In this document: positions 55,734 through 64,000 of the stretch, one piece after another
Position numbering within the stretch: position 1 is the stretch's first letter
Layout: the number at the start of each line of letters is the position of its first letter
Assembly (NCBI GenBank): GCA_964016885.1
Contig: OZ024740.1
Location: 162,440,001-162,504,000, forward strand
Source of the DNA: Eledone cirrhosa
Lineage: Eukaryota
Length of the DNA stretch: 64,000 nt
Direction: 5' to 3'
Position numbers and translations under genes: made by a program
The notes under the pieces: model-generated
The model's input: only the letters and a program-made list of their open reading frames with translations
What the model was told of the DNA's origin: nothing
Databases searched by the model: none

Positions 55734-55979
55734 CATATATATATACATATATATATATATGTATATATATATATGTATATATATATGTATATGTATACAT
55801 ATATATATATACATATATATATGTATATATATATACATATATATATACATATATATATACATATATATAGTAATAATAATAAAATTGAAGACTAAAATCC
55901 AAAGAGGGTTCAATAAGGATAAATATATATCAAATATATAAGAACCGTAGAGCAAATATTTATTAAAATAACAGATTAA

Positions 55980-56030
55980 AGTTTAAGCAAAGAATCGCTG
56001 CTTTCACCCTTAACGGGATCTTCTGAAACT
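55980..56030 (-). ncRNA. Variant type I hammerhead-like motif in Penelope terminal repeat
   Basis: Reverse complement of 58450-58500. Confidence 0.6.
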
Positions 56031-56603
56031 AACAAAGTCAATCTGTAAACGCAGAACTGGATATTTCAAAAAACGTTGCAACCGGAGGAAGACAGGAAGA
56101 CGATACTTTGGTTCGTGGTAACGTTCGCTGGCAAAGAACGGGAAAAAACGAATAATACGTCATTAATAGGAGCGGTGAAAAACAATTACGCGCAAAGACA
56201 GAACCACGTTTAGGTATAAAAGAGGTCGTAGACTAATGTTCTCTTAGGTGATGCATAGAGACGTTCTCTGGCAATGAACGAAAAAACGAAGATAATAAGT
56301 CATATGTGGAGCGTGGAGAACAATAGCACGCAAAGACAAAACCACGTAAATGGTATAGCAGAAGTCGTAGACTAAAATTCTAACTAGGAGACCAAATGAA
56401 TCTCCGCTACAGAGTTAAGAACAAAGTAAATAAATACAATACAGAAGTAATAGAAATAAATAAATACATACACGCAAACAAATACGTACATACACAAGCA
56501 GACGCAAAACCTTACCATAGGTAAATAACCACGCACATATAAATATGTGTGTGTGTGTGTATGCTTGTATACAAATAAATAAATAATTATATAAACAGAC
56601 CAC

Positions 56604-57121
56604 CTGTAATACAGGAAAGTTTTGTGCAATTTATGTTTACAAGCCGAAATTGCCTCAGATTTTTTGTTTAAGATGTGGTCTGTGGCGTAGAGTATTTCCA
56701 GGGCCTCAGCGGCGCAGAGGTCCCATGGTCTTTTATTTCCGTTATACGATCTAGCCCTAGCTAGGATCTCCCAGTGTAACTTATATTGGGTGTTTTTGTC
56801 TTTTAGACTCCAGATATAAGCTGAAAGTGACGTCATATTCCTTCTTAGAGGGTAACGCAAAGAATGGGTATGCATGTAGAGACGCTGCTTGAAACTATTG
56901 GCGGTTAACCCTATGTAGGCCCTACGGGACGTGGGTGTTACAACCTTACATTTGTAGACAATGTTACTAGAGAGGCATTTCCCGGATAGGGGGAAAATGG
57001 CCCGATTCCTACAATTACAGTTAGTACTAACTACAGGGTTGCACGTGTTCCTACGGCTAGGTAGTTTAGCTATATTTGAAGCTGTGATGTTATGTGCAAA
57101 GTTAGGAGTCGTAGAGTAAGA
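56604..57121 (-). pseudogene. Penelope-like Cys linker + GIY-YIG endonuclease fragment
   Basis: SYSTTPN..CNCRNRAIFPLSGKCLSSNIVYKC..AYIG..FKQR..H..TSLSAYIWSLKD..DLCAAEA. Confidence 0.85.
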
Positions 57122-57123
57122 AT

Positions 57124-57522
57124 TGCCTCTCTAGTAACATTGTCTACAAATGTAAGGTTGTAACACCCACGTCCCGTAGGGCCTACATATGGTTAACCGC
57201 CAATAGTTTCAAGCAGCGTTTCTACATGCATACCCATTCTTTGCATTACCCTCTAAGAAGGAATATGACGTCACTTTCAGCTTATATCTGGACTCTAAAA
57301 GACAACAACACCCAATATAAGTTACACTGGGAGATCCTAGCTAGGGCTAGATCGTATAACGGAAATAAAAGACCATGTGACCTCTGCGCCGCTGAGGCCC
57401 TGGAAATACTCTACGCCACAGACCACATCTTAAACAAAAAATCTGAGGCAATTTCGGCTTGTAAACATAAATTGCACAAAACTTTCCTGTATTACAGCCC
57501 CACGTTATACCCTAACGGATAG
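57124..57522 (+). pseudogene. Penelope-like GIY-YIG endonuclease C-terminal fragment
   Basis: CLSSNIVYKC..AYIW..FKQRF..CDLCAAEALEIL..LNKKSE..CKH. Confidence 0.85.
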
Positions 57523-58449
57523 TACGATCTATACGTGGATATTTTACGTCTTGATGTGGGAGCTAAGTATATGTTTTGTTTATTCCTTTACTTATTTGCA
57601 TAGGTAAGTATATATTACCCGTATGTTTTGTGAAGGTATGTATACCTTCTCGTACGTATATTTGATTGTAATGGCGTATAATTTTTATATATTCTGGTAT
57701 TTAGGGTTTAGCTATGTGTATACGGGAGTTTTGCGTCTGCGTGAGTATGCAGGTTTGTACGTATGGTGGGTGTGTGTATATGTGTACTTCTTGTTTTAGT
57801 TGACTTACGTCTCCGAACATTCGTGTATTTATATGTAGGTATGTGTGCGCGCTTGTTATATACGTATTTATTTACTTATATACGTTTATATAATTATTTA
57901 TTTATTTGTACACAAGCATACACACACACACACATATTTATATGTGCGTGGTTGTTTACCTATGGTAAGGTTTTGCGTCTGCTTGTGTATGTACGTATTT
58001 GTTTGCGTGTATGTATTTATTTATTTCTATTACTTCTGTATTGTATTTATTTACTTTGTTCTTAAATCTGTAGCGGAGATTCATTTGGTCTCCTAGTTAG
58101 AATTTTAGTCTACGACTTCTGCTATACAATTTACGTGGTTTTGTCTTTGCGTGCTATTGTTCTCCACGCTCCACATATGACTTATTATCTTCGTTTTTTC
58201 GTTCATTGCCAGAGAACGTCTCTATGCATCACCTAAGAGAACATTAGTCTACGACCTCTTTTATACCTAAACGTGGTTCTGTCTTTGCGCGTAATTGTTT
58301 TTCACCGCTCCTATTAATGACGTATTATTCGTTTTTTCCCGTTCTTTGCCAGCGAACGTTACCACGAACCAAAGTATCGTCTTCCTGTCTTCCTCCGGTT
58401 GCAACGTTTTTTGAAATATCCAGTTCTGCGTTTACAGATTGACTTTGTT

Positions 58450-58500
58450 AGTTTCAGAAGATCCCGTTAAGGGTGAAAGCAGCGATTCTTTGCTTAAACT
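58450..58500 (+). ncRNA. Variant type I hammerhead-like motif in Penelope terminal repeat
   Basis: AGTTT-CAGAAGA-tCCC gttaa GGGt-GAAA-GCA..TGC-TT-AAACT; U4->A core variant. Confidence 0.6.
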
Positions 58501-58587
58501 TTAATCTGTTATTTTAATAAATATACATATATATATGTATATATATGTATATATATATGTATATATATATGTATATATATATATATG

Positions 58588-58748
<161 letters not shown>

Positions 58749-58908
58749 TATACATATACAAGAAACATAAATCTGAGTTTTTCGAATAATAATAATATTC
58801 GATTCGTTTGCAATTATGCAAACAGCCTCTTTAAGCGTGTGAGTAGAATGACCTCGTCATTCTTGTTTTTGTATTGTCAACTCGATAATTTTGTTAGTAG
58901 AATGAGTA

Positions 58909-59023
58909 ATAGGAAAAAAGTCAAGACCCCGACTGCACGGCTCAAGCCGTTTTGACGGCTATTTTGGGACTGAAATAGCCGTCGAAACGGCTTGAGCTCT
59001 GCCGTCGGGGTCTTGACTATTTT

Positions 59024-59027
<4 letters not shown>
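58909..59027. repeat. Fold-back (palindromic) copy of the short TA-associated element end
   Basis: About 55-bp imperfect arms around GGGACTG. Confidence 0.85.
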
Positions 59028-59062
<35 letters not shown>

Positions 59063-59269
59063 AAACTCATCGCAAGAACAACCATTAAAACAGTTAATGC
59101 TGTCAAAGACAGAGATGGGCAAAAATGCCTGAGAGGACAGAGACCAGTGGCCAGTGGTCAACAGAGAGACAAACCACAAGGAGGGTGACAGGCAGATGAA
59201 ATATAGAAATGATTGAAAGAAAAGGAAGACAAGAAGTGTGTTGGCGCATAGAAATGACTGGAAGAAGGA

Positions 59270-59420
59270 AATAATGGATGAGTTCATTCCAAGAATTTCT
59301 ATTATCCCCACTGATGTCCTGGTCAGCTTTACATTGGATGTTCAAGACTAGGAAGTCAGAAAAATCTTTTCCTCTATGCACCAGATAGAAAACACAACAA
59401 ACATTGTTTATACAAACATT
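59270..59420 (+). pseudogene. Helitron RepHel / Pif1 helicase C-terminal remnant
   Basis: FIPRISIIPTD fused by a deletion to GQLYIGCSRLGSQKNLFLYAP..TNIVY. Confidence 0.65.
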
Positions 59421-60974
59421 ATAGATTGACTTAATTAATAAAGGGACTATCCTTTGCGGGAGACATGTCTTGATATGGAATTAAAAACATTGAAATAAAG
59501 GCATACTATTGTGGTTATCTAAGTGTGTGTGTGTGTGTGTGTGTGTAGGTGTGTGTGTGTGTGTAGGTGTGTGTGCGTGTGTGTCTGTCTGTCTAGGTGT
59601 GTGTGTGTTTTTGTGTGTGTGTATGTATGTGTGTGTGCGTGTGTGTTTGTCTGTCTAGGTGTGTGTGTGTGTATGTGTATGTGTGTGTGTGCGTGCGTGT
59701 GTGTCTGTATAGGTGTGTGTGTCTGTGTTAGCGTGCTTTTACAGAGGCGTAACAAGGAATCGAAACTATATGATTAAAACAATGCCTCTTTTTAATCTTT
59801 TCAGCCACTCCACATCGCAGAAAGAAGATAACGACACAAGATAATAATATAGATGTCTGCAATTGTAAGAATGATAATTATATCACAATTCAAGAGCAGT
59901 GTATATTAGGAATAGTAGTAATCTTGGTCATATGATTAATCACAAAAGGATAGACACAAAATCTTAGAGTAACAATAAGACTATTATTATAATTACTAGA
60001 ACCAACAACTGAATTTATAACAAGCGAACGTCGGAGCCTCTATGTGGTCGCGATAGCATTCATGTCTCCTTCAGTTTGCACTCCCTGTTATTTTAACCCT
60101 TTTGATAATAGCTCCACCACTCTGTTTTAAAATGTTTCTATTCAAATTAAAATATTGCAACATTTTTGGATATAAGAAGCTTTTGTTAAGTTATAATGCA
60201 TGTTAATAATGAAATAAATAATAATGTTGGTAATTCGCTCAAAATTTGAAAAGAACATAGTGGGAAATCAGCAATTACAGCGTGAAAGAGTCATTTTAAC
60301 CATTTAAAACAGAAAAACTATTAATTTACCTTTATAATTATCATTTATTTCCTGGTGCATAATAATAGTTATAAAGTAAACAGTGTTTACGCGTATAATT
60401 GGCTAACATCACTCTTCTACGCTTTCGTCCAAGCATTAGTTTTAATACATGGTCCCAGATCATTTCATTTGTATAACTCCAAAACTGAATAAATTAATTA
60501 TATATAGCCATTAAAAGACAGGATGGTTACGGCCTAAATGTCTTTTGACCATAGTTTTGTTCAATTAGACCTGATTATAATGATAGTAGTAGCGAATAAA
60601 TAAAACCTACAGACACATATCCATACATGTGTAGACCCACGGTAACAGTACGTACACGTGGTCTTTCCTGTCATTTGGGATAAAAACCAGACCGACGTAT
60701 TTCATTGTTATTTAACAATTTATTTGGATTCTCCTGTCTTTCCTTCTTAAGATATCAAATGACACCAGCGGAAGGCAAGGCTGCTTATCAAAATATAAAC
60801 AACTCATTTGTATAATGTATTAATAGCAATTTTATGAGACCACAATTTTAGGCAGAAGTGGGGTATTAATCTATTAAATCGATCCATGGACTTGACTTGT
60901 ACTTTGTTTTATTGATCGCTGTAAGGTAAAAGGTAAATTTGACTATAGCGGGAATGGCAGTAAATATAATGTAG

Positions 60975-61160
60975 TAATAATTGTTTCTACATTTGGCACA
61001 AGGCCAGCTATTATTCCAGTGTATTACTGGTACCTTATTTTATCGACCCCGCAAGAATGAAAGGTAAAGTTAACCTCGGCAGGATTTGAACTCGGTTCAT
61101 AAAGGGCCGTAACTCTTTTCTGAGAAGTATGGCGTCCGACCCTCTACCGGTACTGCCAAT
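60975..61160 (-). mobile_element. Main-family SINE
   Basis: Reverse-complement tail, core and B box. Confidence 0.85.
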
Positions 61161-61181
61161 GAACCTGTTGAGCCAACGAGA

Positions 61182-64000
61182 AAGCGGGTGGCTGGCTCTA
61201 CCTGGTTAATCGTCGTGCTAGAAATAGATGACTGTCTTCCTCAAAACACATCCTATCTTCTTGTAAGCGGGTGGCTGGCTCTACCTGGTTAATCGTCGTG
61301 CTAGAAATAGATGACAGTCTTCCTCAAAACACATCCTATCTTCTTGTAAGCGGGTGGATGGCTCTACCTGGTTAATCGTCGTGCTAGAAATAGATGACAG
61401 TCTTCCTCAAAACACATCCTATCTTCTTGTAAGCGGGTGGCTGGCTCTACATGGTTAATTGTCGTGCTAGAAATAGATGACTGTCTTCCTCAAAACACAT
61501 CCTATCTTCTTGTAAGCGGGTGGCTGGCTCTACCTGGTTAATCGTCGTGCTAGAAATAGATGACAGTCTTCCTCAAAACACATCCTATCTTCTTGTAAGC
61601 GGGTGGATGGCTCTACCTGGTTAATCGTCGTGCTAGAAATAGATGACAGTCTTCCTCAAAACACATCCTATCTTCTTGTAAGCGGGTGGCTGGCACTACC
61701 TGGTTAATCGTCGTGCTAGAAATAGATGACAGTCTTCCTCAAAACACATCCTATCTTCTTGTAAGCGGGTGGATGGCTCTACCTGGTTAATCGTCGTGCT
61801 AGAAATAGATGACAGTCTTCCTCAAAACACATCCTATCTTCTTGTAAGCGGGTGGCTGGCACTACCTGGTTAATCGTCGTGCTAGAAATAGATGACAGTC
61901 TTCCTCAAAACACATCCTATCTTCTTGTAAGCGGGTGGATGGCTCTACCTGGTTAATCGTCGTGCTAGAAATAGATGACAGTCTTCCTCAAAACACATCC
62001 TATCTTCTTGTAAGCGGGTGGCTGGCACTACCTGGTTAATCGTCGTGCTAGAAATAGATGACAGTCTTCCTCAAAACACATCCTATCTTCTTGTAAGCGG
62101 GTGGCTGGCTCTACCTGGTTAATCGTCGTGCTAGAAATAGATGACAGTCTTCCTCAAAACACATCCTATCTTCTTGTAAGCGGGTGGATGGCTCTACCTG
62201 GTTAATCGTCGTGCTAGAAATAGATGACAGTCTTCCTCAAAACACATCCTATCTTCTTGTAAGCGGGTGGCTGGCTATACCTGGTTAATCGTCGTGCTAG
62301 AAATAGATGACAGTCTTCCTCAAAACACATCCTATCTTCTTGTAAGTGGGTGGATGGATCTGCCTGGTTAATCGTCGTGCTAGAAATAGATGACAGTCTT
62401 CCTCAAAACACATCCTATCTTCTTGTAAGCGGGTGGCTGGCTCTACCTGGTTAATCGTCGTGCTAGAAATAGATGACTGTCTTCCACAAAACACATCCTA
62501 TCTTCTTGTAAGAGGGTGGATGGCTCTACCTGGTTAAGCGTCGTGCTAGAAATAGATGACTGTCTTCCACAAAACACATCCTATCTTCTTGTAAGAGGGT
62601 GGATGGCTCTACCTGGTTAAGCGTCGTGCTAGAAATAGATGACTGTCTTCCACAAAACACATCCTATCTTCTTGTAAGAGGGTGGATGGCTCTACCTGGT
62701 TAAGTGTCGTGCTAGAAATAGATGACTGTCTTCCACAAAACACATCCTATCTTCTTGTAAGAGGGTGGATGGCTCTACCTGGTTAAGCGTCGTGCTAGAA
62801 ATAGATGACTGTCTTCCACAAAACACATCCTATCTTCTTGTAAGAGGGTGGATGGCTCTACCTGGTTAAGCGTCGTGCTAGAAATAGATGACTGTCTTCC
62901 ACAAAACACATCCTATCTTCTTGTAAGAGGGTGGATGGCTCTACCTGGTTAATCGTCGTGCTAGAAATAGATGACTGTCTTCCTCAAAACACATCCTATC
63001 TTCTTGTAAGAGGGTGGATGGCTCTACCTGGTTAAGCGTCGTGCTAGAAATAGATGACTGTCTTCCTCAAAACACATCCTATATTCTTGTAAGGGGGTGG
63101 ATGGCTCTACCTGGTTAATCGTCGTGCTAGAAATAGATGACTGTCTTCCTCAAAACACATCCTATCTTCTTGTAAGCGGGTGGCTGGCTCTACCTGGTTA
63201 AGGGTCGTGCTAGAAATAGATGACTGTCTTCCTCAAAACACATCCTATCTTCTTGTAAGGGGGTGGCTGGCTCTACCTGGTTAAGGTTCGTGCTAGAAAT
63301 AGATGACTGTCTTCCTCAAAACACATCCTATCTTCTTGTAAGCGGGTGGATGGCTCTACCTGGTTAATCGTCGTGCTAGAAATAGATGACTGTCTTCCAC
63401 AAAACACATCCTATCTTCTTGTAAGGGGGTGGATGGCTCTACCTGGTTAAGCGTCGTGCTAGAAATAGATGACTGTCTTCTTCAAAACACATCCTATATT
63501 CTTGTAAGGGGGTGGATGGCTCTACCTGGTTAATCGTCGTGCTAGAAATAGATGACTGTCTTCCTCAAAACACATCCTATCTTCTTGTAAGGGGGTGGAT
63601 GGCTCTACCTGGTTAATCGTCGTGCTAGAAATAGATGACTGTCTTCCTCAAAACACATCCTATCTTCTTGTAAGGGGGTGGATTGCTCTAGCTGGTTAAT
63701 CGTCGTGCTAGAAATAGATGACAGTCTTCCTCAAAACACATCCTATCTTCTTGTAAGGGGGTGGATGGCTCTACCTGGTTAATCGTCGTGCTAGAAATAG
63801 ATGACTGTCTTCCTCAAAACACATCCTATCTTCTTGTAAGGGGGTGGATGGCTCTACCTGGTTAATGGTCGTGCTAGAAATAGATGACAGTCTTCCTCAA
63901 AACACATCCTATCTTCTTGTAAGGGGGTGGATGGCTCTACCTGGTTAATCGTCGTGCTAGAAATAGATGACAGTCTTCCTCAAAACACATCCTATCTTCT
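61182..64000. repeat. 83-bp tandem satellite, ~34 copies, continues past window end
   Basis: Unit AAGCGGGTGGCTGGCTCTACCTGGTTAATCGTCGTGCTAGAAATAGATGACTGTCTTCCTCAAAACACATCCTATCTTCTTGT with point variants only. Confidence 0.97.

Larger units (their letters stand above)
55868..58515. mobile_element. Penelope-like element 3' ends in diverging inverted arrangement (~2.6-kb imperfect palindrome)
   Basis: The minus copy runs 57121->55868 and the plus copy 57124->58515. The minus copy lacks ~57497-57885. Both ends lie in (TA)n. Confidence 0.88.

Noticed and set aside
61182-64000. CRISPR array
   Set aside because: Whole 83-bp units repeat with no unique spacers, there are no cas genes, and the context is eukaryotic.

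Overview
AT-rich eukaryotic DNA dominated by repeats. The (TA)n/(ATT)n/(CATA)n microsatellites and the tRNA-SINE content suggest a cephalopod (octopus-like) genome, which is an inference. I cannot support any intact host gene. The window holds three decayed Tx1/L1-clade LINEs (one near full length), two R4/Dong-like RLE LINEs, a palindromic Penelope-like (GIY-YIG) element, many tRNA-derived SINEs, non-autonomous Helitrons, RTE and Chapaev-like remnants, and an 83-bp satellite that runs off the right end. Two things stand out. First, hammerhead ribozyme (HHR) motifs from several unrelated non-coding repeats occur here. The clearest is a young 471-bp tandem with a minimal HHR in each unit, flanked by a 12-bp target-site duplication (TSD) inside a LINE ORF, which fits a retrozyme-type circRNA-forming retroelement. 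Second, Tx1 and Dong-like LINEs meet tail-to-tail through a shared (TAA)n tract at two separate loci, and one Dong-like copy has a chimeric 3' end. All structures were read by eye; nothing was folded or searched computationally.
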